The notes under the pieces are model-generated. The model was given only the letters and a program-made list of their open reading frames with translations, was not told the DNA's origin and made no database searches. Below are positions 11,526-23,264 of a stretch of 64,000 nt of DNA, piece by piece. Source of the DNA: Octopus vulgaris (taxonomy: Eukaryota); NCBI GenBank assembly GCA_951406725.2, contig OX597815.1, positions 54,312,001 to 54,376,000 on the forward strand, given 5' to 3'. The first letter of the stretch is position 1. Every line of letters starts with the position of its first letter. The position numbers were made by a program, and so were the translations under genes.

Positions 11526-12229
11526 CACCACGAAGAATTTCGCTTGTTTGAACATAGCTGGTATTGAGAGCAACACTAATGCTGATACCAACGCAATCAG
11601 TAGTGCGATATCAGTTTAATTATTTAAGATGACATAAGTACTCTTTGCACTTCACTTGGTCTAAATATCTAAATTAAGGTGTACTGAACACTAAACCGTC
11701 GACTGTACACCAAAGTTATGAAAAGTCTCAGTTTATCCATAACACGAGGTCAAGTGATAAAATTCATTTTGAAATAAAAATGGAGATAATTCTGAAGATT
11801 CGTAAATTAGGACTTGTACACGTAAAATTATATCAAGAGAAGTTGAAATAGAGACTTACATTACAAACTGCAGTTTGACAGGAAATTAGTGCAATGTTAA
11901 CAAAATTCTCTTTTGGCTAGACTTTTATAGCCTCTCCAATAGATTTAAATTATTCTGGGAAGGGTTTAAAATGTATATAAATATATAGCAGTTATCTACG
12001 AAAATGTATTTCTCTCCCGGCAAACTTTAACAAAATTAGATTCTATACTACTACCACAAAAGTCCACGTATCTTTAAACTCAGATGTTAGAGAGTTCAAG
12101 ATAGGAAATACTCGCTGCCATATGATGTTACAAGCTTCTACGCTTGAACATATTAATGCAAACTTTTCAAGGCTGTTGACAGGAAATGGAACGTGAGAAT
12201 AATCGCTGAGATCGCAAAGACCGCCCTGG

Positions 12230-12650
12230 AAATGAAATGTGATAGACGTAGTACAGAACATCAAATATGCCTGGCTTTGGTGAACACGTAACAGAAAGAT
12301 TCACAACTAGAGTCAATGGAATCTAGAAATTTATAAAGACATAGTGAGCAAAGTAATCTTAGTATATCAAGGACAAGGAGTATTCAACTGGGAAGGCAAT
12401 GAGAATTAGCAACAAGAGAAAGAGATGTGCAAAGGAAGATGTCATGGAAAAATCTCCAGTGAGCATTATTACAAAATTGCTACTGCATGGCTGGAGTGGA
12501 TATCGCTGCACTCGACTAGGTGTGGTGGGCATGAATGGTGAAGGAGAAATTTTGCTTCAGTGTAGCCTAAATAACCGGGACATTTGGCTCCAGTGGACGG
12601 AGGGATACCGAAAGTTGCCGAAACCACTGTGATCTCAAATTAACCACTTA
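12230..12650 (+). mobile_element. Degenerate RTE-like LINE 3' fragment
   Basis: LQWTEGYRKLPKP and upstream Trp spacing resemble an RTE C-terminus. Confidence 0.35.
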
Positions 12651-12664
12651 TAGACGTAATCAAA

Positions 12665-12729
<65 letters not shown>

Positions 12730-12736
12730 GTACCGA

Positions 12737-13287
12737 TGCCCTGATGCAGTACCAAGCAGTGGTTCTCGTAGCTTCTGATCTTAACTGATTGGAAGTGTTA
12801 TTATGTACATTGTTTTGTCTTGGTATAAAAGATGGGCAACTGCAAATATTCTGCTCAATACATCAGATTTGCTTGTCAGTTGTTTGACCTTAACCATTTG
12901 AGCATGTCCCTTAGTGGCTGACGTTATGTGCATCTATGATCACGAGCAGAAGTAGTGGGGGAGCATCAAATCCATGTATTGAGAGGGATTCTTTGGGGTT
13001 TGAATAATTCACCTCTGGAAACATGGGTTTTTCGTTCAACATCCTTAAACAACCCTTATTCAGGGACCTTTTGAGCGGGATGGGCTACTCGACCTGAAGA
13101 AAATTCTGAGCCCAACCTGCAAGGTCATGTGCTTTTTATCTTGATATGAGATCACCATGTCGCGCACATGTGGTTGTGATGCATGTGCCTAGCGTACCTT
13201 TATCAGACGGGTAGTCATGATGGGTATACTGGGCTTCTTATATTTTACCCCAGTGTCACTTTGATGGCATGCACTGCTCTCTCACTC
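12737..13287 (+). mobile_element. ~550-bp non-coding element within (AAT)n, copy 1 (probably Dong/R4-mobilised)
   Basis: Near-identical to 55170-55723 and to the deleted copy at 62043-62283. All are flanked by (AAT)n. Confidence 0.85.
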
Positions 13288-13599
13288 AATAATAATAATA
13301 ATAATGATAATAATAATCACTTTGATGGCATGCACTGCTCTCTCACTCAATAATAATAATAATAATACATGCATACATTCATACACACATAATACATACA
13401 TACTCACACATACATACATACGTACATACATGCGTACTCACACATATACAAACACACATCTATGAAGAAGCACATTCTTTCGTATGCAAATATATACATA
13501 TATACATACTTAAATTATCGTTTATATTCCTCATAAAAAGAATACTGAGGTACACATATATAAATTTGAACAAAAATATTATCTTTCAGTGAATTGATA

Positions 13600-14400
13600 C
13601 ATTTGTATATAGATGAACAGATGTACATGTACGCCAGTGGAAACAATGTTTTGTTTACCAATGAAGCAATAAATTTCCGTATCAGTGAACAGATATAGTT
13701 GAAAGTAAATGAACGGATACAACTGCATATAGATAATATTTCAAAGTACGGATGTGCTAAATTGCAAATATATATGTGATTCCTGCATGGTTGACCGGTT
13801 GCAAAACCAAATTCAGCTCTTCTAAATTAAATTATGATTCAGTAAAAACCATTTGAATTACAAACACAAAACTAAACAGAGGCTTTCGTGAAATAGAATT
13901 AGACAAATTATGAAGATCAATGTTTATGTTATTCAATTAGAAACAGAACAACAAACATTGAAAGAACGAGGAGGTAACTGATAAAGGTTACTGAATTTTT
14001 AGTCAAAATAATCTCGGCAGATGAATGAGTATTAAAACAGAAACTGAAACGAACTTACGCTCTTATACAGCAAGCTGAAGTTAAAGACTAATCAAATATA
14101 ATTGTAATAGCGCATTTAAAATTAGACACCAAATATCAAAATTAAGCTGTATCTATTGTACTTCCTATTCTAGATTAGGGTCCGTACAACAATCATTTAA
14201 ATATTGTTTGAATTATTTGAATACGTTAAGACACAATTTCAAACCACAGATTGTTTGTTTTTCAAACAGACATTTCAAGCAACGTCTCAAGTGTGTCTTA
14301 GTAGAGAGATAAGTTGACTGCAAATTAGAACTGTAAAATCATTTCCCGATACTCGATTGTAAATATTTATTAAACGTTCTGTCATATCATAATATTATAT
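13600..14400 (+). pseudogene. F: Endogenous viral element: decayed paramyxo-like fusion glycoprotein gene
   Basis: TNEAI (13657), VNERIQLHIDNIS (13705-13743), IYC(x15)CL (14151-14210), KPQ...SN. Compare henipavirus F TNEAV, INTNLVPTIDKISC, VIC(x14)CL, VPRFALSN. About 143 aa separate IDNIS from IYC, close to the expected distance. Fusion peptide not recognised. Confidence 0.55.
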
Positions 14401-14436
14401 TTTTCTAAATTTCTTTTATCTGTCGTTACGCTTATA

Positions 14437-15457
14437 TCAGTTCATCCCATAAGTTCTGTCCGATTTTACCTTTTTTAAAATTGAATGAAGTTTAATAGTA
14501 TTTTAGTATGTCTAATAGAACCAAAAAATATTTTTAAGCATTTGAAGTGGAGATTTCAGCCTTGAAGAGGAAGATCGAATAGGACGTACAGTTGAATTTG
14601 ATGATAAGATCCTTGATGCATTACTTGAAAAAATCCTGCATTATCAGTTGAAGAATTGGCAATAAAGCTTAGTTAAAACCATACAACTGTTCATCGTCAT
14701 CTTCAACAACTTGGAAAGGTTCCTAAACTTGGAAAATGGGTGCCTCATGAATTGTCCGAAAGCAATCGCAAATCCCGAGTCGACATCTGCTCTTCCCTCC
14801 ATTCTCGAGAACTCATTTCACCCTTTTTGGATAGACTTGTGACTGGTGACGAAAAATGGGTCTTCTATCGAAATGTTAAACGTTGTAAACAGTGGCTTGG
14901 TAAAAGGGGAAAAGCTCAACCACAACCGAGAAGGGAACTTCACGGAAAATTGTTCTTCTCTCTATCTTGTGGGATTCAAAGGAGTAATTCACTTTGAATT
15001 GTTACCACCTAATGCAACAGTCAATGCTCAAGTCTACACTCAGCAATTAGAGCGTTTGAACCAAGCTTTGAAGAAAAAAGACGCGCTTTAGTGAATCGAA
15101 AAGGGGTGATGTTTCATCAGAACAATGCGCAACCCCACACTGTGATCACATCACAGAAAAACTAGGTTGGGAAAAAATTCTGACCTTTCTCCTTCAGACT
15201 ACCATAGGTTTCGTAGTTTACAGAATCATTTGGGGGACATAACTTTCACAAGCCAGGAGGAGGTCGAAACTGACATTTCAGAGTTCTTCGCTTAGAAACC
15301 GAAAGTGTTTTACATTGATGAGATTAAAAAGCTTGTAAATAGATAGAAGAAGGTCATAGATAATCAGGGAAAGTACATTGACGATTAAATTTCAATTAAA
15401 TATAACATTTGATCACTTGATATTCAAAATTCAGACAGAACTTATGGGATGATCTGA
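14437..15457 (+). mobile_element. Mariner (DD34D) transposon, internally deleted, inactive
   Basis: TIRs tcagttcatcccataagttctgtc / gacagaacttatgggatgatctga, TA TSD, motifs WVPHEL and VTGDEKW. Confidence 0.95.
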
Positions 15458-15494
15458 TATTATAGAAAATGCCGAAGTAGAATATATGGAAATT

Positions 15495-15610
15495 GGCGCA
15501 AGCCATACTATGATGTAAAGAAGCTAGCTTTACAACCACACATAGTTCTAGGTTCAATACCACAGCGTCTCACTATAAAGAGGTGACTTTTATTATAGCC
15601 TCCATGTTAA
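15495..15610 (+). mobile_element. Degenerate family B SINE 5' fragment
   Basis: caaccacacatagttctaggttcaataccac resembles the family B head. Confidence 0.5.
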
Positions 15611-15865
15611 GCAATATTACTAGTACGTAAAGATAAAGAACAAAGATTTTCCACAAAAAAACAATAAATCGGTGTGTCGGGACAAATACTTAAAAAGAAG
15701 TGGTATGCTTGAACAGCTCTCGACAGAGTAAAGGAAGTGAACAGGCAACTGGTCCGTTGAAAATGCGTAAACAGAAATTAGAATTTTATATATATATAAT
15801 ACGTACAGAGGGAGGGAGAGAGAGAGAGAGAGAGAAATAGATAGATATATATGTTAATTGACTTA

Positions 15866-16225
15866 AAGGCGCAATGGTTAGGGCAGCCGTCTCACGATCA
15901 TTGGATCACGGTTTCGATTCCCAGACCGGACGTTATGAGTGTTTATTGAGCGAAAACACCTAAAGCCCCACGAGACTTTGGCAGGAGGGGTGGCCGTCCC
16001 TGCTGAACTCTTTCGTCACAACTTTCTCTCGCTCTTTCTGCCTGTTTCTGTTGTACCTGTAGTTCAAAGGGTCAGCCATGTCACGCTGAATCTCCCCCGA
16101 AATCTACGTTAATAGTACACGTGTCTGTAGAGTGCTCAACATTTTGCACGTTAATTTCACGAGCAGACAGTTCCGTTGATCGGTTCAACTGGAACATTAG
16201 TCTTAACCCACGGAGTGCCATTCAA
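15866..16225 (+). mobile_element. tRNA-derived SINE, family D
   Basis: ggcgcaatggttag (A box) and ggtttcgattccc (B box), followed by a ~300-bp body. Confidence 0.7.
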
Positions 16226-17289
16226 TGTTAATTGGCAAAAGTACTAACAAGGCAGAGTAACTATGTATACAGAAATAATAAGCAGCCCATTTGCAAAAAA
16301 TCGTTTTAGGTTGGCTTCTTTTAAATTAAACTGTAATTTTACCACAACAGCTTTAACAGCATAGGAGAGTAAGAATCGTCCGACTGGAAAACAATTGATT
16401 CTTTCGACTTTTAATTCATGGTGTTTCAGTGAATGGGTCATGAGCTTCATGAAAGAACTCCGCTCAAAAGGAAATAAATACATGGAATCACATTCATAGG
16501 TACATAGTCTTACTGTAAAAGTAGGCCCATGAGGACACTTTCAGAGTGATAGTAAATACGCGGTGTTATGGTTGTCATTGTGTATGTATATATGTATGTG
16601 ATACGTATTAAAACAGGGAGAGAAACAGAGAGACGTATTTATACGCATAAAATTGTACTTTTGTTCTCTTCTGTTTAGTTTGTGTATGTGTGTGTGTTTG
16701 CGCGCGCGCATATGTCCTGCTAAAATTGTAACACATTCTGATGTCTATTCACGCTTTGTCTCCTCTTACATCATTATTTTGTATTCAAGACATTGAAGCT
16801 CTGTCTATATATTATAAAATTTCTATTATTTCAATGAATAGATTTTATTTCCTGTTACTTAGAAAATTGTTTATAGCATTTAATATTTCAACTAAAAACA
16901 GAAAACTTGGGAACATTAGGCATTATTTTTTTCTTACCTCAAAAGTAGAAACTAATTGTGTTCCAAAGTGTATTTTGGCTAGATATGACAAATAAATGAT
17001 AATTTGTAACCAAGATTATTCATAGTTAATTTAATTTCAGTTCGCGTTTTCTAATCTATTCAGCTTTGTTTTGAATATTTTCTGAACGTTTTAAGCCGTA
17101 ATCCCAATATATTTTTCGTAAACAAAAAGTACCTAATGCTTTTAGAACTCGAAGTGTTTTAATACATTTTCTTTATTGCTAAGAGCTAAATTTACTTTCT
17201 TATACAAAACAACAGTCTAAAATTGAAATATATTTATCCAGGGAGCTCGAAAAAAGATTATAGTAAATTATTATACACCAATATTTAAC

Positions 17290-20070
17290 TCACCCGCTTC
17301 AACTTCGTCGATGCTTTTCACCTCGTCTTTGAGTTCACTTCGATAGTTATCATCTCCTCTGTCAACTTTATCGATATCTGTGTCATTATTGCATACCCCA
17401 CTCCCTCTCTTTCTCTCTCTCTCTCTCTCTCACTCTCTTCGTTTGTTTTCTATAAACTAGTCTTACTTCGACCTCACCACTTTCCACAGCAACCACTCTA
17501 TATTATTCCTAAGTTTGCACCGTTTTTGTAACTACGATCATGATTTTGAGATCCACTCCTAAGGAATGGCCCTTCAACTCGTGCGTCGTTTTTGTCAAAA
17601 CTTTCCGCTTCTACATCCGTAATGTGGATTGCACTCACGGCCCGTACTGCCCATCCATGATCATGTTCTTCTTCATCTTCCACATTAGTACCTTATCTCT
17701 CCAACAATTTGTCTTACGGAATTTCTACCTACTCCACTTCATGGAAAGACTACCTCCATTGCTTCAAACAGGCTTCTAATTCGTGAGAGCTTTTCGTCTA
17801 GGGCTCTTCTACCCATCCTAACACCCAACCAGACCTTTTCCCCTTATCGCAATCCTAGTGCAACATATGCGCTTTCATTACCACTATACTTCTAAATATT
17901 CTTGGACCCAACCAGCGTTGCTTTCCACTGACTATTTCCCCTGCGCCATTAAAAAATTATTTACTACCTTAAATGAAAAGAAATGAAAATAAATTAACTG
18001 TGGCAAAGCTCTGGGAGCAGATAAAATTTCTGAAGAACTGTACAGGGCACTGAGTACCACGGCTATCAATGCATTGCTTGATATCCTTGTATCCATTTGA
18101 GAGGAATAGACTATGTCAGCAGACTTCCGAGATTCCACCATGATTACACTCTACAAAAACAAAGGAGCTGAATCAGACTGCAGCAATTACAGGGACATTT
18201 CCTCGCTTCCCATTGCTGGAAAAATCCTGGCCCGCATCTTCTTTGATAGGCTTATCACCAGCATCTCCAAGAGCAATTTGTCTGATGTCCAGTGTGGCTT
18301 CCACCCTGGCCGCAGCACCGTAGACATGGTGTTTGCTGTCTGACAAGTCAAGAGGAAATATATTGAGCAACGGATGGATTGTGCAATGTGTTCATAGACC
18401 TTACCAAAGCTTTTGACACAGTGAACAGAGAAGCTTTGTGGACCATCCTAAGGTGGGCGGTCCACTCACGTTCCCCACATTTATAAAACCCTTTCATGAC
18501 AATATGACCGGTCAGGTTCTTTGCAATGATGACTGAACCAATTCATTCAACATTTCCATGAAGGCGTAAAACAGGGCTGCGTACTCGCCCCCTCCTGTTC
18601 AACTTATTTTGCATACAGGTCCTACTTTACACAGTAAAAGACCTAGACCTGGGCATATACATCAAATATCGCTCCGACGGTTCTGTTTTTGCCCTCTGCC
18701 GACTCTCTGCTCGAACCAAAACAGTGGAAACGCTTATCACTGAAGCCCTATTTGCAGATAGCTGCACTCTTATGGCACACGGGGAAAATCACTTGCAGCC
18801 TTGAGAAAATGGGGGTCCTAGTTCAAGCAGCCCCGAACCCAGTTCTCCCCTAGCCAATCATTACCATTGAGGACGTAGAGAGTGCCAGGTACCTTGGCAG
18901 TACAATCTCAGCCAATGAATCGTGGGAGAGAAAAATTTTATCCAGAATCAACAAGGCTAGCCAAGCACTTTGAATACTGAAAGTGAAAGTTCTCCAGCAG
19001 AAAGGAATTAAACTAACGACAAAGCTCAAGAACTACGAGACTGTAGTCGTTTCTACGCTACTATATGGATGTCAAACATGAACCCCATACCGTCGGTACA
19101 TTAAACAGTTGGAATAGTTTCACAGAAGGGCACTGCACAGGAATATAAGCATTCGCTGGCAGGACAGTGTAACAAACCAAGAAGCGCTGGACAGAGCTTG
19201 TTCAACAAGCATTGGGTTAATGTTGCTGAGGCTCAGTTACGCTGTACTGGCCATGTCATCAGAATGACTGACAACCGTATACTCAGACAGCTGTTATACA
19301 GTCAGCTAGCGTAGGACTCACGCAAACGAGGAAGACCTAAACTGAGGTACAGAGACATTCTGAAAAGTAACCTCAAATGGAGCAACCTTAGCTCACGCAA
19401 ACTTGAAGTCGCTACCGCAGACAGATTAGCGTGGAGGTCTCTCACCTCACAAGCAGCAGCTTCCTTCGAAGAGGACTGGTTACAGCGTCTCTGTGCTGTA
19501 AGAGAAAGTCATCACAAGGTAGTAGCCACCTTATTTCAGTCAGTTGACTGAATTGAGGTGGCTACTGATATCTGTGGGTGCCACAGATATCGTTCTGATA
19601 TGTGTGGGTGCCTGCGTGCTTCCAGCTGTGGAATGTGAAGTCACATGCGCTGTCTTCACTGAAAACATAGACTTTAACGTCACCCGACACCGATGAACTA
19701 TCTATATCCTTAAATATCAGTCCTCTGGTCACAGCATTCCTGGCCGTAAGTTGGGGAATTGCATCATTGACCATTTACGTAATATCACTTTACTAGAGAA
19801 CATCACTTTACCAGTTGGGCGCCATTTCAATACACCTGCACATACATTTCCTGTCGCTTCGTCTGTGGTGTTACTTCACATCACCAATGCCCTGCTCTTT
19901 GCTGTTAAAAAGGTCAGCATTTTATTTTCCTCTATGGACAGTGCAATTACAATAGCATAACTGTACCTTACCTTACTCACGCCACTCACAACACCATAGT
20001 AGACAACACATTTACTTTTCCATTTCGCAATCATGATCCATTATCTGAAACGTGTACACATCCAAATAGA
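17290..20070 (+). mobile_element. Penelope-like element remnant (17290-17930 and 19720-20070) interrupted by an RTE
   Basis: YFDLTTFH..SILFLSLHRFC..DFE (RT thumb) before the RTE and HLRNI...PVGRHFN (GIY-YIG region) after it. Confidence 0.65.
17985..19555 (+). mobile_element. RTE-clade LINE, 5'-truncated, decayed RT
   Basis: KALGAD, YKNKG..DCSNYR, QCGF.PGRST.DM, FIDLTKAFDTV, GVKQGCVLAP, LFAD. Confidence 0.92.
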
Positions 20071-20219
20071 CTGCACATGTCACACACTATACCTGTACGC
20101 GGACATCGTACTCACTTTCCATCCGCACACACATTCAAACATCACACATAGATATTGAGAATAGGTAATCGTCATATATTGCTATACATCCACATCACAC
20201 TATATCATACACACACACA

Positions 20220-20232
20220 TATATATATATAC

Positions 20233-20275
<43 letters not shown>

Positions 20276-20355
20276 GTATATATATATGTATATGTATGTA
20301 TATATATATATATATACATACATACATACACATATATATATATATATATATGTAT
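20220..20355. repeat. (TA)n/(TACA)n microsatellite; a second tract at 20935-21065
   Basis: Directly visible. The two tracts flank the palindromic element. Confidence 0.95.
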
Positions 20356-20564
20356 ATTTGAGTAATTGAATGAATTATCTTATTAAGGATAATTCGAAAG
20401 TTAATCGATACATGGGTATCAAATTCACATCAGAAAGAATACGGTTGAAACTACGTCCCTAGGGCATAGACTACGTGTCTTCGTGCGGAAATTTGTATGT
20501 TTATTTTAAAATTATAAGTATATGAAAGAATGGAGTTGAACGACTAGTTAACAAATATCCTTTA

Positions 20565-20647
20565 TTCTCGACATATGTTTCGAAGGCTGCATATTCCTAA
20601 TTCCGAAGGAATAAGGAGTACATTATGCAGATTTCTCATCAGGAAAA
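20565..20647 (-). ncRNA. Minimal hammerhead ribozyme (left arm)
   Basis: Reverse complement of the right-arm ribozyme, with one stem II substitution. Confidence 0.85.
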
Positions 20648-20803
20648 TCAAGGAACTTATGTCAACATCAAAATGCACAAAAAACCTTTAGCTGACCTCT
20701 CTCAAGGAGCTCATGGCGATAATGAGTGTCTCTTTATAATGAGTGACGTCAGAGTGCAGCTAAAGGTTTTTTGTGCATTTTGATGTCGACATAAGTTCCT
20801 TGA

Positions 20804-20886
20804 TTTTCCTGATGAGAAATCTGCATAATGTACTCCTTATTCCTTCGGAATTAGGAATATGCAGGCTTCGAAACATATGTCGAGAA
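20804..20886 (+). ncRNA. Minimal hammerhead ribozyme (right arm)
   Basis: ttttc-CTGATGA-gaaatctgcata...tatgcaggcttc-GAAA-c-ATAT-GTC-gagaa. Predicted cut after C20881. AATAAA at 20885. Confidence 0.88.
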
Positions 20887-20965
20887 TAAAGGATATTTGT
20901 TAACTAGTTCGTTCATATACTTATAATTTTAAAATATATATATATATTGCATGTATGTATGTATG

Positions 20966-21063
<98 letters not shown>

Positions 21064-21069
21064 TAAGAT

Positions 21070-21225
21070 TCACAAAGAAGATCGTCTCTTTGCAACAGCT
21101 CACCTACTGGGAAAGGTTGAAACAGCTAAGACTCTACTCCCTGGAGAGAAGACGGGAGAGGTATGCAGTAATATATGTCTAGAAGATCCTGGAAGAAATT
21201 GGGCCAAATTTTGGCATTGTAAGCT
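21070..21225 (+). mobile_element. CR1/L2-like LINE C-terminal fragment
   Basis: [22 protein letters not shown]. Confidence 0.8.
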
Positions 21226-21432
21226 ACACATTAGATGGCACTGCGTACGTGATTTTACAGAACATGACAATACGCTTATGAATAGATATTGGATTAGATG
21301 CAATTTTACAAAAAACATCGGTTCAAAATAAGCTGCACGGAATAGTTCATGTGTGTGTGCGCGTGCGTTCGTGAATGTGTGTTTGTATGCACATATTTAT
21401 GCATGTATATGTATATTTATATACACATGTAT

Positions 21433-21835
21433 CAGGGACATGCCGTCTAGGTAGACAAGGTAGGCTGTGCATACCTTGGATGAAATAGATCAATAACAAC
21501 ATTTTCTTTTCATGGCAAAATATTGACCTAATTCAATAAAATCATGAAAGTTTATCTGATTACAAGGTATAAAATGCAAAATATATTTTTTTATAGATTA
21601 GGTAGGAATAATTCGTCCCTGCTTTTCAATCTCAGTATTTAAGCTATGCATAATACTGGTGTAGTACACGTGCCGCGTACATTTCTTCAACAACCTTTTC
21701 TTTACGTGCTATAAAGGCAGAAGTAAATCTGCCTACAACTCAGTCGCGCGCCTGTGTTTCGCTTATTTTTGTGTATTTTACTATATAAAGGTCACTAAAT
21801 GCCTACACTGAATAATTACTGACGGCACGTGCCTG
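21433..21835. mobile_element. Non-autonomous hAT-like MITE
   Basis: Imperfect TIRs cagggacatgccgtc / gacggcacgtgcctg. Flanks acatgtat / aaatatat match 6 of 8 positions (decayed 8-bp TSD). Confidence 0.7.
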
Positions 21836-22005
21836 AAATATATATATGTGTGTGTGTGTGTATAAGCCTATGTGTCCGCGTGTGCGTGTGTGTGACATCA
21901 AAAAGGGCAGAATGGGCAGAAATGTTGAGATGTGACAATAACAAAAATACACAGGCAACATAGCAAAAATGTGTTTTAGCTAAAAAATAAAATGCCGATG
22001 AAATA

Positions 22006-23264
22006 TTGGGCTGGCAAGAAAGTAATTCCTTTTTCCGTAAATAGCTAAAGTTACGATTTTATTTTTATAACTTTTTCAATGTTATGAGTTTTTCTTTTGA
22101 CATTTGATAGTCATTACTAGTTTACTATAGAAGCAAATTGTGCGTAATTTTGAGTACAGCTCTTAGTTCAGTGTAAAATTTAACATGGAGTGCAAAAACG
22201 AACATTTTCACTATATTTTGCTTTTATTTCCGTAAAGGCAAGAAAGCTGCTGAGGCTCACAGAGAGATATGTGAAGTTTATGGTGTTTATTGCTTAATAG
22301 AACACACATATCAGATATAATTTTTAAAATTCTGTTCTGGAGATTTTTCACTCAAAGATGACCAATGATCTAATCGACCTACTGAAGTTGATGATTACCG
22401 AATCAAAGCCATAATTGAATCTGAGTGTCATATAACTATGCGAAAGATTGCAGAGAGGTTAAATATATCATACACAACAATTGAAAATCACTTAAAATGT
22501 CTTGGACTTAAGAAGTTCGATATTTGGGTTCTCCATAAATTGAAAGAGATTCACTTAACACAATGAATCAATATTTGCGATATGCATCTAATACACAATG
22601 AGATCTAACTTCGTTTCAAACGAATCATCACTGATGATGAAAAATGGATTGTCTGCAATAACATCAATCGAAAACGATCATGGTCCAAGTATAATGAAAC
22701 AGCAGAAACCACATCAAAAGCTGAATTGCATTAAAAAAGGCTCATGCTGTCAATTTGGTGGGATTACAAAGGTGTCGTGCTTTTTGAGCTGTTTCCAAGG
22801 AATCAAACGATCGATTCAGATGTTTCCTCTCAACAACTAATGAAACTGGAGGAAGCAATCAAAGAAAAACAACCAGAATGGGCAAATCGTAAAGGAACGC
22901 TTTCCACCATGACAACGCGAGACCACACACGTCTTGGCTAACTCGTGAAAATGATTAGAGCTTGGTTGGGAAGAGGTGTTACATCCATCATATAGCCTTG
23001 GGCTTGCACCATCAGATTACCATTTATTTGAAGTTTACAAGATTCTTTGAATGGTAAACCTTTCGACAATGACGATGACCTGAAATCACACTTGCTTCAG
23101 ATTTTGGCTGATAAGGACCATAAGTTCTAAGAGCGTGGAATCGTGAAGTTGCCAGGAAGATGGCAAAAGGTCATCAAACAAAATGGAAAATATAGAATTG
23201 ATTATGAAACAAAATGACTTTTATTTCACACTAAAATGCCGAAATTACTATCATGCCAACCCAG
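22006..23264 (+). mobile_element. Mariner transposon (second family), full length, inactive
   Basis: TIRs ttgggctggcaagaaagtaatt / aattactatcatgccaacccag, TA TSD, motifs ITDDEKW, WWDYKG, HDNAR, YSLGLAPSDY. Confidence 0.95.

Larger units (their letters stand above)
10020..12195 (+). pseudogene. M: Endogenous viral element: decayed paramyxo-like matrix gene, split by Helitron and Penelope insertions (10.27-11.53 kb)
   Basis: MRIFSP...EFLFWIYLGYL (10121-10200), IAGIE (11554), LSITR/SSD (11733-11758), FY.........LN(x16)MLQAS (12041-12139). Compare morbillivirus M VRVIDP...LLGVV, TAGLNE, MSITRLSD, CY........LN(x16)LQPS. Inter-motif spacing is similar. Aligned by eye. Confidence 0.5.
20360..20936. 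mobile_element. Non-coding Penelope-type element: two inverted pLTR-like arms, each with a hammerhead
   Basis: Arms 20543-20700 and 20751-20908 are near-perfect reverse complements. The pairing extends to 20502-20526 / 20912-20936. Confidence 0.85.
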
